59,007 nt of DNA. Origin: a virus. Taxonomy: Duplodnaviria; Caudoviricetes. The translations under genes were made by a program, and so were the position numbers. The notes beneath the pieces are model-generated. The model saw only the letters and a program-made list of their open reading frames with translations, searched no databases and was not told where the DNA came from. Shown here one piece after another: positions 46,762-56,436 of the stretch; positions within the stretch are counted from its first letter, which is position 1, and each line of letters opens with the position of its first letter. The DNA is taken from positions 1-59,007 of IMG/VR virus record IMGVR_UViG_3300022917_000011. One strand, 5' to 3'.

Positions 46762-47645
46762 TCCCCGTCATCAATCCTGACTGCACCGGACGCGGCCCGT
46801 TGAGAGAATGTCAAATGTTGGGACTCGTGAGAAAGCTCAAGGAGAAGGGCACGCTCAACCAGCCCGCTCCCGCCTGTGAGGGCCGGGGCATTGTCATCGC
46901 CGGGGGAGGACGCTACCTCAGCCACGCCTGGGCTGTCTGCCGTCACCTCCGCAAGCTCGGGTGGACTGAGGGCATCCAGGTGTGGCACCTGGGCAAAACC
47001 GAGATGCCCGACTCCGCACGCCCACGGTTCGCCGCGCTCGATGTCGAATTGGTGGATGCGCTGGAGATGCGGAGGAGCAGGCCCATGCGAATGATGGGCG
47101 GCTGGCAACTCAAGGGGTATATCATGAAGCACTGCCGCTGGCGGCATATCATCTTCATGGACGCAGATCTGATTTTGAACGTCCATCCTGAGGAGATTTT
47201 CAGCGACAAGGACGTGCATCGGGCCGGATCATTTTTCATGTCGGACGTGGGCAAGCACCACCCGAACGGGTGGGGGTTCCGCTATTGTGCCGTGCCCCAC
47301 CCCAAGCTCGAATGGGAGACGGGCTTTTTCCTCGTTGACCGCGTGCGCTCATGGCCAGCGATTTGCTGGGCTTACTGGATGTTCGAGCACAGTGACGTGT
47401 GGTTCAAAATGTTTCACGGAGACAAGGGCGTCATCCACGCGGCGTTCCTGATGACCAACTGCCCGCACATCCTCAACGAGGACGCTCGGTGGAATCCCGC
47501 CTTTGGCATCGCCCACTGGTGGAAGGGCCGTCAGATTGTCAGTCACATGATGCGAAGTAAGCGCGGAGAGAGCACTTGGCCGGAAGAGTTCGCGGAGTGC
47601 TTGGATGAGTGGCACGAGTTTACCCAGAATACCGTGCCCGCGTAG
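46758..47645 (+). CDS. Glycosyltransferase, GT71 (Mnn-type mannosyltransferase)-like
   Basis: RGIVIAGGGRY, LRKLG...IQVWH, GWQLK, FMDAD (DxD), ETG and HGDK motifs. Confidence 0.85.
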   Translation: MIPVINPDCTGRGPLRECQMLGLVRKLKEKGTLNQPAPACEGRGIVIAGGGRYLSHAWAVCRHLRKLGWTEGIQVWHLGKTEMPDSARPRFAALDVELVDALEMRRSRPMRMMGGWQLKGYIMKHCRWRHIIFMDADLILNVHPEEIFSDKDVHRAGSFFMSDVGKHHPNGWGFRYCAVPHPKLEWETGFFLVDRVRSWPAICWAYWMFEHSDVWFKMFHGDKGVIHAAFLMTNCPHILNEDARWNPAFGIAHWWKGRQIVSHMMRSKRGESTWPEEFAECLDEWHEFTQNTVPA

Positions 47646-49464
47646 CGTGCCCACTGTAGCGCGGAACGCTCGCAGGTTCCACCCGAGGCGTGTCCTGCGC
47701 TCGGCGGCTCTCGGGCGTGGATGGCCCGGCGCCCATTCCTAGGGCCACTAACAACGTGAGCACTCTCGCGTCTCCCTCGTCAGGAGACCGGCCCAGGCGC
47801 TTTTTCATCTCCTTCTTCTGTTCCACGGAGAACTTTTTGGTTCCGCCACCTTTGTAGCGTCGGGAGCAGAGATGGTCGATGGCTTTGCAGTGCGGGCTGC
47901 ACCCCCGAACGATCTTTTTGCGCACGGCTTCGCGAAAATTCATCCACAACTGGGAGACTTTCCGGTCGAACATTTCTTTTGCCGTGCGTTTTTCACCTTG
48001 CACCGTGATCCGGTCGTCCGGCGAGCCCATGAAGGACACCGGAATGAGGTTCAGTTTCCACCCCCGCTTCAGAACTTCGTCCTTGATCGCGGTGGCGGTC
48101 ATGCCGCCGTCGCCGGAAATGTCGATGGCGAGGTCGTGGCAGTTGTTCGCCACCAGTTCGTCTACCGCTCGGATGGCCATTTGTTTCTCGAACCCATCTT
48201 TCGAGTTTTGGATGGGGTGTAATCGCTTTCCGTCCCGGTTTATCCAGTCCACCACCATGTCACTGCTCACATCTTTTCCCACTTTGGCGAAGTCGATAAC
48301 CGATGGATCGCCCCCTTCACGGAATCCGCAGTCCATCCCCCCGGCAATCTTCTGCACGGCCATCGGAGCCCACTCGGTTTTCTCGAAAGCGCGGTGGCTC
48401 TCCAGAAATTTGCGGTCCACCACCTTGTCCGACACCTCCACGCCAGGCGGGAAGCCGTAAAATTGCACCCAGAAGACGTTGGTATCGTCTCCGCCTGCCA
48501 TCTCACGAATTTCCTCCCGCGCCACGGCGTTCATCATGAACGGAAAGGGTGGTTTCTTCGGGTCGGGTGCCTCAAAATTGGGGGATTTCGCGCCGTTGAA
48601 GTAGAAACACACCCCCGTCTTGGTTTTCCAGCGGTCGTGCGCCTCGATGTCTACGCTTCGGTAACCATCGGGAAAGGCTTCCCCCACTGGCTCCGCGTCC
48701 ATGTAGAGAGGCGAGCCCTCGGTGGGAGCATTTCCGATGCCGATGAACTGCGCGAACGGGTTGGAGAACAAGTTCACGCGGGCGTCCATGATGCCCAACT
48801 CCATGAAGTTCAATTCGTCGCAAATCCACAGCACTCGCTTGTTTTTGCGTCCACAGATGGAGCCGACCGCACTCCGCCCCTCGTTCCCCGTCTTGATTTT
48901 GACGAATTTGATGACATCGCGGAAATCGCGTTGCTTCGCTCCCTCGTCGTCCTTGGTTTCGGCGTCCAGGCAGATGAGTTGGAGCGAGTCGATGCGCTTG
49001 CCGATTTGAAATCGGTCCTTGGAGAAAAGGTCTTTGATGACGCCCCACATACGCGCTTCGCCTGCTTCCGCCGACGTCGTGCTGAGGTAAACCGAGGTGC
49101 CCTCGGGGTTCACCTTCCACATCGTGTAGCCGTACATCGCTGCACACTGGGATTTGGTGCTGCTCGCGCAGCCGACGAGCGACAGCCGCTTGAAAGAACA
49201 AAACGCCTTGGCCATCTTCAGGCACCACGAGTTCAGGATGCCGTCCTTTTCGATGACAAAAAAGTCCGGCCACATGATCTGCCAGAGCCGCACCAGGAAC
49301 TGATGCTTGAATTCGTGCGCGAACGGTGTGGAGGTGAACGCCCGCGCCGTGACCTCATACTCCGTCGCGTTCCGCTGCTGAAAGCGTTGCGTGACCTCGT
49401 TCGCTGCTGGGCGGATGGTCTTCTCCATCCACGCCTTCGCCGCACTAGAAATCGCCCAGCCCAC
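47620..49464 (-). CDS. terL: Terminase large subunit
   Basis: Deviant Walker A GCASSTKS, Walker B WICDE, GIGN motif III, nuclease GMDCG and GRSPDEGDA; 614 aa. Confidence 0.9.
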   Translation of the reverse strand: MGWAISSAAKAWMEKTIRPAANEVTQRFQQRNATEYEVTARAFTSTPFAHEFKHQFLVRLWQIMWPDFFVIEKDGILNSWCLKMAKAFCSFKRLSLVGCASSTKSQCAAMYGYTMWKVNPEGTSVYLSTTSAEAGEARMWGVIKDLFSKDRFQIGKRIDSLQLICLDAETKDDEGAKQRDFRDVIKFVKIKTGNEGRSAVGSICGRKNKRVLWICDELNFMELGIMDARVNLFSNPFAQFIGIGNAPTEGSPLYMDAEPVGEAFPDGYRSVDIEAHDRWKTKTGVCFYFNGAKSPNFEAPDPKKPPFPFMMNAVAREEIREMAGGDDTNVFWVQFYGFPPGVEVSDKVVDRKFLESHRAFEKTEWAPMAVQKIAGGMDCGFREGGDPSVIDFAKVGKDVSSDMVVDWINRDGKRLHPIQNSKDGFEKQMAIRAVDELVANNCHDLAIDISGDGGMTATAIKDEVLKRGWKLNLIPVSFMGSPDDRITVQGEKRTAKEMFDRKVSQLWMNFREAVRKKIVRGCSPHCKAIDHLCSRRYKGGGTKKFSVEQKKEMKKRLGRSPDEGDARVLTLLVALGMGAGPSTPESRRAQDTPRVEPASVPRYSGHATRARYSG

Positions 49465-50231
49465 TACACGCTCGCCATCGCGATTTTGTTGAGCACGTCA
49501 CGGATGGTGTCTTGCTTCGGCTTGCCTTTCTCAAACACCCCGTGGTGCTTGGCCACGGCCTGAAGGGTGAAATGGTGCATTTCCTCCAGTTCCTTCCCGG
49601 TGAAGGCTCGGGTTTTGTCGATGGCGGGAACAGGTGGTTTCTCCAATGCTTTTTGGGCTACGTGAATTGCCTCTTGCGCGATTGGTCCGAGTGCCGGATC
49701 GCGGACAGGCACGAGATTTTTCACGGGAGCACTGTAAGTCCTCCCGAACCGCACCCCATAGCTCCCCGCCGTGAACGGCGCGACCTGCTCATACTTCTTT
49801 AGCAGGTTGGGCAGGTCCGTGGCGTCGTGGTGGTCCTCCAGGTAGCGCAGCTTCAGGCTCAGTCCCGCCGTGCGCAGCGGCTCGATGAACGCCTGGAGCG
49901 GTCCTTCGAGGAACGCCTTATCGCGGACTTCCTTCTCCACCTTCTTGTAGGCGCTGGAGATGGCCCCCGCCCGGTCCAGTTGCTTCGCCTCCAGTTGCTT
50001 CTTGTAGCCGTCCGCGCCCGTGTAGTCCTTCCGATTCGCGGCGGCGTCCATGAGTTTGGTGATCCCGGCAATCTCCTCCTCGATGGCAGCGGTCGCCTCC
50101 TTCGTGGAGACGGTCACCGCAGGCGAGGCCAGAATCCAGACGTGAGTGGTGCCATCGGTCAACATGCGCTGCGCGGCGTTGGCGAGGTTGGCGGTGTCTG
50201 CTTCAGACAGGAGAAGAAGAATTGAGTTCAT
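49464..50231 (-). CDS. Hypothetical protein with C-terminal Rho-N/HeH-like module
   Basis: ELEEMHHFTLQAVAKHHGV...KPKQDTIRDVL; coupled to terL. Confidence 0.6.
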   Translation of the reverse strand: MNSILLLLSEADTANLANAAQRMLTDGTTHVWILASPAVTVSTKEATAAIEEEIAGITKLMDAAANRKDYTGADGYKKQLEAKQLDRAGAISSAYKKVEKEVRDKAFLEGPLQAFIEPLRTAGLSLKLRYLEDHHDATDLPNLLKKYEQVAPFTAGSYGVRFGRTYSAPVKNLVPVRDPALGPIAQEAIHVAQKALEKPPVPAIDKTRAFTGKELEEMHHFTLQAVAKHHGVFEKGKPKQDTIRDVLNKIAMASV

Positions 50232-50293
50232 TTGAGGAAAAATAAAATTACCCACTTGACGATGCAACGTTTACCGTGCTAAGCATCCACCGA

Positions 50294-50539
50294 ATGTCAG
50301 AAATGGCTGCGCCAACTGAGATTGAAAAAGATTGTCCACCTGTCCGGAAGGCAGTGATGGAAAGTTTTGGCGTCCCAATTTCAATTTCCAAAACTTTGGA
50401 CGAAATAAAAATCGGCGCTTCATTCGTTTTGGACACGGACAAAATGAGGAAATACGCACTTCTCCGTGGACGGGACAAAGGGATCAAATTGACAAGCCGG
50501 AAAGAAGAAGGGAGGTACCGGATATGGAGATTGAAGTGA
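50294..50539 (+). CDS. Small putative DNA-binding protein (GxSF...YRIWR family)
   Basis: LDEIKIGASFVL...GRYRIWR; upstream TTGACG-18-TAAGCA. Confidence 0.7.
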   Translation: MSEMAAPTEIEKDCPPVRKAVMESFGVPISISKTLDEIKIGASFVLDTDKMRKYALLRGRDKGIKLTSRKEEGRYRIWRLK

Positions 50540-51030
50540 CAGAAAAGGAGAAACAAAAGTTTTGGAGTCACGTCGAAAAAACTGATTTTTGCTGGCTCTG
50601 GAAGAGAGGAAAAAATGCTTACGGATATGGGATGGCGACGGTAGGAGGAAAAACGATGGGGGCACATCGGGCTAGTTTTTGGATACACACTGGGGTCCAT
50701 CCGGGAAAACTTTTATGTTGTCATCGTTGTGATAACCCTCCTTGCGTAAACCCAGATCATATATTTTTGGGGACTTACAAAGACAATTATGAGGATATGA
50801 AAATGAAGGGAAGGGCTAGACGTTCCCAAAAACTTTTAGAAAATAGGGTGACACAATTTCGGATCGAGATTGATGTGGGCGATGTTTTGAGACGCATAGA
50901 GCCAGGACAGTCTTTTATTGTCGATACGGCCAAGATGGTTCAAGCTGTGAAATTTAGAGCCTTGAAGAGGTTCAAAATGGTTTCTCAAAGGCAGCCCGAT
51001 GGGCGCTACCGAATTTGGAGAACTTTATGA
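50524..51030 (+). mobile_element. HNH endonuclease fused to a GxSF...YRIWR domain
   Basis: FWSHV, CWLW, AHRASF and CHRCDNPPCVNPDHIFLGT..DN motifs. Confidence 0.92.
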
Positions 51031-51293
51031 GCACTGAAATACAGCTTGATGCTTTTAATTCACTTCCGTTTTGTCTGCTATCCGCAGTCGCGGATTCTAC
51101 TACTTCTGATGGACTTTTCAAATTTTCAGAACTCTTGGTGAGGGAGATTGAAAAAGGAGTTCAGCAGTGCTTGGAATCCCACGGGATTCAGGTAAGCATT
51201 CGATTGAAACGTGAAGAGAATAATGTCACTCCATTTAACCCGGATTTGAATAAATTCTTTGCCCGCGTAGTTCTAAAGAAAGAAAAGAATTAA
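51027..51293 (+). CDS. Hypothetical protein
   Basis: AT-rich 88-aa ORF coupled to its neighbours. Confidence 0.5.
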   Translation: MSTEIQLDAFNSLPFCLLSAVADSTTSDGLFKFSELLVREIEKGVQQCLESHGIQVSIRLKREENNVTPFNPDLNKFFARVVLKKEKN

Positions 51294-51977
51294 GTGAGTA
51301 TTCCCCGTCTCATCCATCAACTCTGGATCGGCTCCAAGCCGCTCCCCGAGCGCGAGGCTGGGTGGTGCCTCCAGATGAAAAAGCTCAACCCCACGTGGAG
51401 GTGGAAGCTGTGGGGAAACGAAATTCTGGAGCACTACAAAAACGATCCCTACGTTCGCGCCCTTCAGGACCGAGGCGAACCGCTGGCCTTCCTCGCCGAC
51501 CGGCTGCGCATCCTGATCCTTGCGGAGTACGGCGGTCTCTACGTGGACTGTGACGCCCAGCCACTGAAACCATTCGATTCCATCGACGTGTGGGACGATC
51601 CTCGGGCGGGTTTTGTCTATGGCATCCGTGATCCCTACCGCCCTGACGTGGCGCTGCACCGCTCGGTAGCTTTTTGCGACAACACCATCCTCGCCAGTGA
51701 GCCCAACGGGAAGATGGTCAAGCGTCTGCTCGACTGTTGGAAGCCCAACGACATCGTGATCACCGGGCACCGGCTGGGGCTGACCATCCTCCGTCACGTG
51801 GATGCCTCTTGCCGGGGGCTCGGTTTTGAGTATTTCTACGCCATGTCGGCCCAGCCCAACAGTGTCGTCCTGCATGACCCCCACAACGCCGGGACATGGG
51901 TGAAGGACGCTAGGAAATCCGTCCCGGTGGGGGACCAACACATCATCGCTCATGGCCCGCTTCAGAAATCGCAATAG
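51294..51977 (+). CDS. Glycosyltransferase, GT32 (DxD sugar-binding) family
   Basis: IPRLIHQLWIG, LNPTWRWKLW and ADRLRILILAEYGGLYVDCD motifs. Confidence 0.92.
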   Translation: MSIPRLIHQLWIGSKPLPEREAGWCLQMKKLNPTWRWKLWGNEILEHYKNDPYVRALQDRGEPLAFLADRLRILILAEYGGLYVDCDAQPLKPFDSIDVWDDPRAGFVYGIRDPYRPDVALHRSVAFCDNTILASEPNGKMVKRLLDCWKPNDIVITGHRLGLTILRHVDASCRGLGFEYFYAMSAQPNSVVLHDPHNAGTWVKDARKSVPVGDQHIIAHGPLQKSQ

Positions 51978-52257
51978 CGTTACCTACATGCCCCGTGTCT
52001 GGGTCGCCCCCAATGGCACCCGCATTTCGTGGCGCAGTGACACCACGTTGTTCTCCACGTTCGTCTCCACTGTGCAGGCCCACGCCCGGCAGAACGGCCT
52101 TCCCGAGCCCACCCTGGAGGAAATCGAAGCAAAGATGTGCGAGCAATCCTCACGCGGCGACTGCACGGACGACGCGGCGTTCCACCAGCCGCCGACGCAG
52201 CGGAGGGTGGCGAGTGGGAGGAGTGGGGGGTGTAAATCTTGCGGTTCCCGCCGATGA
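51952..52257 (+). CDS. Small Cys-containing protein
   Basis: 101 aa ending in GGCKSCGSRR. Confidence 0.6.
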   Translation: MARFRNRNSVTYMPRVWVAPNGTRISWRSDTTLFSTFVSTVQAHARQNGLPEPTLEEIEAKMCEQSSRGDCTDDAAFHQPPTQRRVASGRSGGCKSCGSRR

Positions 52258-52544
52258 TGCCCACCCTTGATTTTTGGATTCGTCTTCCATTGGCCGGGTT
52301 TATCATCGTGGGCGTCTGGGCTCTTTTTGGTAAGGGAATGCTATTGGAGCCGATTGGCAAATGGACGGACAAATGGATGTCCAGATGGGTTCAGAAACCT
52401 CTTTTCGATTGTCCTCCGTGTCAGAGTAGTGTGTGGGGTACGGCGGTTTGGTTTTCCACAGGAGGGGACTGGCTGTGGTGGATTCCCTTTTGCCTCGCTC
52501 TTTGTGGGATTTTGAAGATAGTGGCCCATAACCTTCTGAACTAA
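52254..52544 (+). CDS. Small membrane protein with CxxC (DUF1360-like)
   Basis: TM segments flank KPLFDCPPCQSSVWG. Confidence 0.7.
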   Translation: MMPTLDFWIRLPLAGFIIVGVWALFGKGMLLEPIGKWTDKWMSRWVQKPLFDCPPCQSSVWGTAVWFSTGGDWLWWIPFCLALCGILKIVAHNLLN

Positions 52545-52545
52545 A

Positions 52546-55062
52546 ATGGCCACCGACGACACCCAAAGCACTCTCTCTGTTCGAGGCATTTCCGCCGAGG
52601 GCACTGCCCCCAAACGACGGATTGCCACGCTCTCCGCTGCCATGACGGCCAACCAGTCGATGCTCCAGGCGTATCGGCAGGGCGGCAGGGACGTGCGGTT
52701 CGCCACCATCGCCGGGATGTTTGCCGGGTTCCCGCCGATCCCGCCTGCCGAGATGGAGAAGATGGGCATGGGAGACATGCCAAACTTCAACACACGGGGA
52801 TTCGAGTCCAAGGTGATGGGTTACGCGGACGTGTGGAATTCGCTGAACTGTCAGAATCCACAGTGGGTGGAGGTCCAGGCGGAGCACGACGATCCGATGG
52901 AAGCCGAGCGTCGCTCGAAGATTCTCACGGAGAATGTGAACTGGGCCATGGGGGTTTGGGACGATCCTCCAAAGGATGGTTTTTTCAACCAGTCGGGGAA
53001 ATATATTCTGGAGTCCTCCACGCGGGATGTGCAGATGGGTCTCTTCGGCATTGGTGTGGCCCTTCGTCGTGATCCCATCGACTTTCGGTTCACCACCATA
53101 CCCACCCGCAATTTCCGCGTTCCGACCGGCGTGAAAATCACCATGGAGAACTGCCCGGCAGTCTGCGTGGACGATGACATGAGCGCCAGCCAGTTGTGGC
53201 AACTGCGTGAAAAAGCTGGGTGGAACAAGGAGGAAATTTGCCGGGTGCTCTATCTCAACCAGGGCGCACGCGGACTGCTGGACAACACCCGTTCGACTTA
53301 CGCGCAGTGGGTGGAGTGGGCGCGAGAGAATGAATCCTTCATCCTGAACGATTTTGAGGTCATCCCGTTTGTCCACATTTACGTGCAGGAGTTCGACGGG
53401 CGCATCAGCCATCTTTGTTTCAGCCCGACCAATCCCGGCGTGGACAAGGACAGGAAGAAAGGCGAGCCCGAGGGGACGTTCCTTTACGATTCCCCCGAAA
53501 AAGACTGGTGCCACTCGTGGGCGCAGGCGTGCCACCTCTTCAGCGACACCGTGGGGCCGGAGGGGCGCTATCACGGAATCAAGGGCTTCGGGGATCGGAA
53601 CCTCGATATGTCGGACGGGGAGAATCTGACGCTCAACCGGGCGATCATGGGGGCGATTATCACCAACACCCCCATGTTCATCAACCGGAACGAGGGGGAC
53701 AAGCAGAGGTTGAGTCAGGTGACGATTACCCCCTTTGGCATCCTCGCTCCGGAACTGGAACTGGCTCAGGTGCCCATCAAGGCCGACGTGGGCAGCATGG
53801 TCAGCATCTTCGACCTCATCGGACGCACGCAGAACACTAACAATCGCAAATACCCCATCGGCGAAACCAGTTCTAATGGGGAGGCTCGAACAGCCACGGA
53901 AATCAACACCGACACGGCCAAGGAAGCGGAGTTCACCGGGCTGCAAATCTCTTTCTACCGGAGCACCGGGCTCGATCCTCTTCTCGCGGAGACCTACCGC
54001 CGTCTCGCGCAGCCGGGGAAGAAATACCCAGAGGAGTGGCCAGGCGGAAAAGTCGCGAAAGAGTTCCGCCGCCGTTGTGACAAGGCAGGTATTCCCGAGG
54101 CAGACTTGCTGAAGGTCAAGCTCGTGCGGGCAAACCGGAGCGGAGGCAGCGGAAGCATGGCCATCGACGTGATGAAAGCGGAGAAACTGCTTTCCGTGGC
54201 CACGCCGGGGCGCGGGCTGTGGAATGCCCGTTACGAGGTCGCCTGCGCGCTAAAGGGACACGAGATGGCGAAGTCTTTCGTGGAGCCCATCCCCGAACAG
54301 CCTGACGAAATCAGCCGGGTGGTCGATACCGATAATTTGTTTATTAAGGATGGTAAGGTTCGGGCCGCGCTGCCCAACGATCCGCACGAGGTCCATGTGC
54401 CTTCGCACCTCCAGCTTGGCGGGGAGCTTCAGCAAGTCGTGATGCAGTTGATGGAGATTGGCGTGACTCCGGAGAATCTGGACGACGCGATTTTGCTCCA
54501 GGGGAAACTGGAGGCGTGCGTGACTCACACCGGGCAGCATCTGCAATATATGCAGGAACTGCCGACCGGGAAGGGCAAGCGTGGGCTCTACGACCAACTC
54601 ATTGCCGAGACTACCAAGGCGCTCACCGACCTTCAGCAGATGGGGCAGATGCTGGCCAAGGACATCGAGAAAGCCGCGCAGGAGAAGCAGCAGTCGCAGG
54701 CTCCGCAAGACCCGGAGATGGCCAAGGCACAGGTGAAAATTCAAATCATGCTCGCGGAGGCGGAAGCTCGCATCAAGATTGCGCAGGCCAATGCGGAGGC
54801 GAAGATTCAAAACCTCAACACCCAGCACGCCGTACGCACGGAGATGAAGCAAGCCAGCCATGAAACGGACCTCGGGCTGAAGGCGGAGAAAACTCTCGCG
54901 GACATGCAGCAGCAACAGGCCAAGAGCGTGGATCAGATGACTCTCGACGCGCAGAAAGCCGAGCAAGACTTGGCCACCCAAGGCGCGTCTTCCGCCATCA
55001 AGTTGATGACCGACGCCGAATCCGCACGAATTAAAAATGAATCTAAACCAGCTTCAAAGTAG
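52546..55062 (+). CDS. Portal protein (podovirus, P22-like size)
   Basis: 838 aa, ARTATEI motif, Gln/Ala-rich C-terminal barrel-like coil; upstream of scaffold and capsid genes. Confidence 0.85.
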   Translation: MATDDTQSTLSVRGISAEGTAPKRRIATLSAAMTANQSMLQAYRQGGRDVRFATIAGMFAGFPPIPPAEMEKMGMGDMPNFNTRGFESKVMGYADVWNSLNCQNPQWVEVQAEHDDPMEAERRSKILTENVNWAMGVWDDPPKDGFFNQSGKYILESSTRDVQMGLFGIGVALRRDPIDFRFTTIPTRNFRVPTGVKITMENCPAVCVDDDMSASQLWQLREKAGWNKEEICRVLYLNQGARGLLDNTRSTYAQWVEWARENESFILNDFEVIPFVHIYVQEFDGRISHLCFSPTNPGVDKDRKKGEPEGTFLYDSPEKDWCHSWAQACHLFSDTVGPEGRYHGIKGFGDRNLDMSDGENLTLNRAIMGAIITNTPMFINRNEGDKQRLSQVTITPFGILAPELELAQVPIKADVGSMVSIFDLIGRTQNTNNRKYPIGETSSNGEARTATEINTDTAKEAEFTGLQISFYRSTGLDPLLAETYRRLAQPGKKYPEEWPGGKVAKEFRRRCDKAGIPEADLLKVKLVRANRSGGSGSMAIDVMKAEKLLSVATPGRGLWNARYEVACALKGHEMAKSFVEPIPEQPDEISRVVDTDNLFIKDGKVRAALPNDPHEVHVPSHLQLGGELQQVVMQLMEIGVTPENLDDAILLQGKLEACVTHTGQHLQYMQELPTGKGKRGLYDQLIAETTKALTDLQQMGQMLAKDIEKAAQEKQQSQAPQDPEMAKAQVKIQIMLAEAEARIKIAQANAEAKIQNLNTQHAVRTEMKQASHETDLGLKAEKTLADMQQQQAKSVDQMTLDAQKAEQDLATQGASSAIKLMTDAESARIKNESKPASK

Positions 55063-55306
55063 TTTCAAAATGGTGGACCTCGCGGGCACCCCCGCGTTCC
55101 AGGCCGCGCTCGCTTTCCTTCGGGCGAAACCTCCGAGAGGGAAAGGCGTTCGCGATGCCACCACGATCATTCGCGATGAGGGCGTGTCCGAAGGCTGGCA
55201 CTTGTGCCTTGATGCACTGGAGGCCATCCATGTCGCCTCCGTTGATACCAGCTACAAGGGACCGAAATACGCCGATCCCGAAGCACCGAAAATTGAATCT
55301 AAATAA
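55037..55306 (+). CDS. Small post-portal protein
   Basis: 89 aa helical protein between portal and scaffold. Confidence 0.6.
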   Translation: MNLNQLQSSFKMVDLAGTPAFQAALAFLRAKPPRGKGVRDATTIIRDEGVSEGWHLCLDALEAIHVASVDTSYKGPKYADPEAPKIESK

Positions 55307-55308
55307 TT

Positions 55309-56436
55309 ATGAGCGAAGAAGCTGCTGCCGTCATTGAACCCCCGAAAACTGAACAACCCACCCGCAAGCCTTTGGTGCTGACCAACGGAATCACCGGGAT
55401 GATCGCCGGGATGTCGGGGAACAAAAAGCCGGAAACACCCCCGGTGCAAACCGAGGAAAAAAAGCCGGATTCTGTTGCTCCAACAGAGCAGAAAAAGGTG
55501 GAGACACCCCCGGCGCAAGACGACAAGGAGAAGAATTTCGCCACCCTTCGCCAAGCCCGTGAGGCGGCGGAGAAAGAGCGCGATGAACTGAAGCAGAAAT
55601 ACGAGGCTTCGCTCAGGGAGGTGGAGACTTATAAGGTGCGCATTGATCCTGAGGAAGTGGCCAAGGAGCGGCAGACTTATGAGGAGAAGATGGCGGCCCT
55701 GAAAAAAGAGCTTCAGGTGGCGGCTTTGTGGAGAGACCCCGATTTTCAGGAGAAATATGATGGTGGAATTCTGGCTAGGCAAAGAGAGATGATTGCTCTT
55801 GCGCAGGCAGCAGGAATTGATGCGGCTACGGCGACTCAGCACATCCATCAGTCGTGGAATCCCGCGAAATTCGATGAGTGGTTTGCGGAAATGCCAGAAT
55901 ACCAGAAACAAAAATTTGGTATTTTGGCCCGTGAGGTTGAACAGTTGGACCGGGACCGAATGGGGGAAATTGCTAATGCGGACAAGAAATGGCAGGCCAA
56001 GCAAGAGCAGCAAACTCGTGCCCAGAAGGAGGCGGAGACCAACCAGAAGAAAATCTTCAGCACTACCGCGCAGGATGTGATCGGTGAGCTTCTGGCCACC
56101 GAGGGTGTGGCGGAGAACGAACCGCTGGCGGAGGCCATCAAGACTTCCGTGATGCGGGCATTGCCCATCTCCGAAGGACACATGACCATGAAGGAAGTAG
56201 CCAAGCACGTCGGGCTCTCCGCGATGCTCGGGCACATCGCCCAGGCGCAGCACACAGAGTTGACCGAACTACGTGCTAAACTTGCGGAGATGGAAAAAGA
56301 ACTGGGGGAGAAGAAAACTTTCATCGAGGAGCGGGCGGGGAGCATCCCGACCCCTGGTAATGGCGTGGGTGCGGGGGCTAAGAGTGATGAACCTTACGTT
56401 CCTTTCTACAAGCGATTGCGCGTGGCAGGGACTTAA
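55309..56436 (+). CDS. Capsid scaffolding protein
   Basis: Pro/Glu/Lys-rich N-terminus, KEKNFATLRQARE coiled coil, no Cys; precedes the capsid gene. Confidence 0.8.
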   Translation: MSEEAAAVIEPPKTEQPTRKPLVLTNGITGMIAGMSGNKKPETPPVQTEEKKPDSVAPTEQKKVETPPAQDDKEKNFATLRQAREAAEKERDELKQKYEASLREVETYKVRIDPEEVAKERQTYEEKMAALKKELQVAALWRDPDFQEKYDGGILARQREMIALAQAAGIDAATATQHIHQSWNPAKFDEWFAEMPEYQKQKFGILAREVEQLDRDRMGEIANADKKWQAKQEQQTRAQKEAETNQKKIFSTTAQDVIGELLATEGVAENEPLAEAIKTSVMRALPISEGHMTMKEVAKHVGLSAMLGHIAQAQHTELTELRAKLAEMEKELGEKKTFIEERAGSIPTPGNGVGAGAKSDEPYVPFYKRLRVAGT

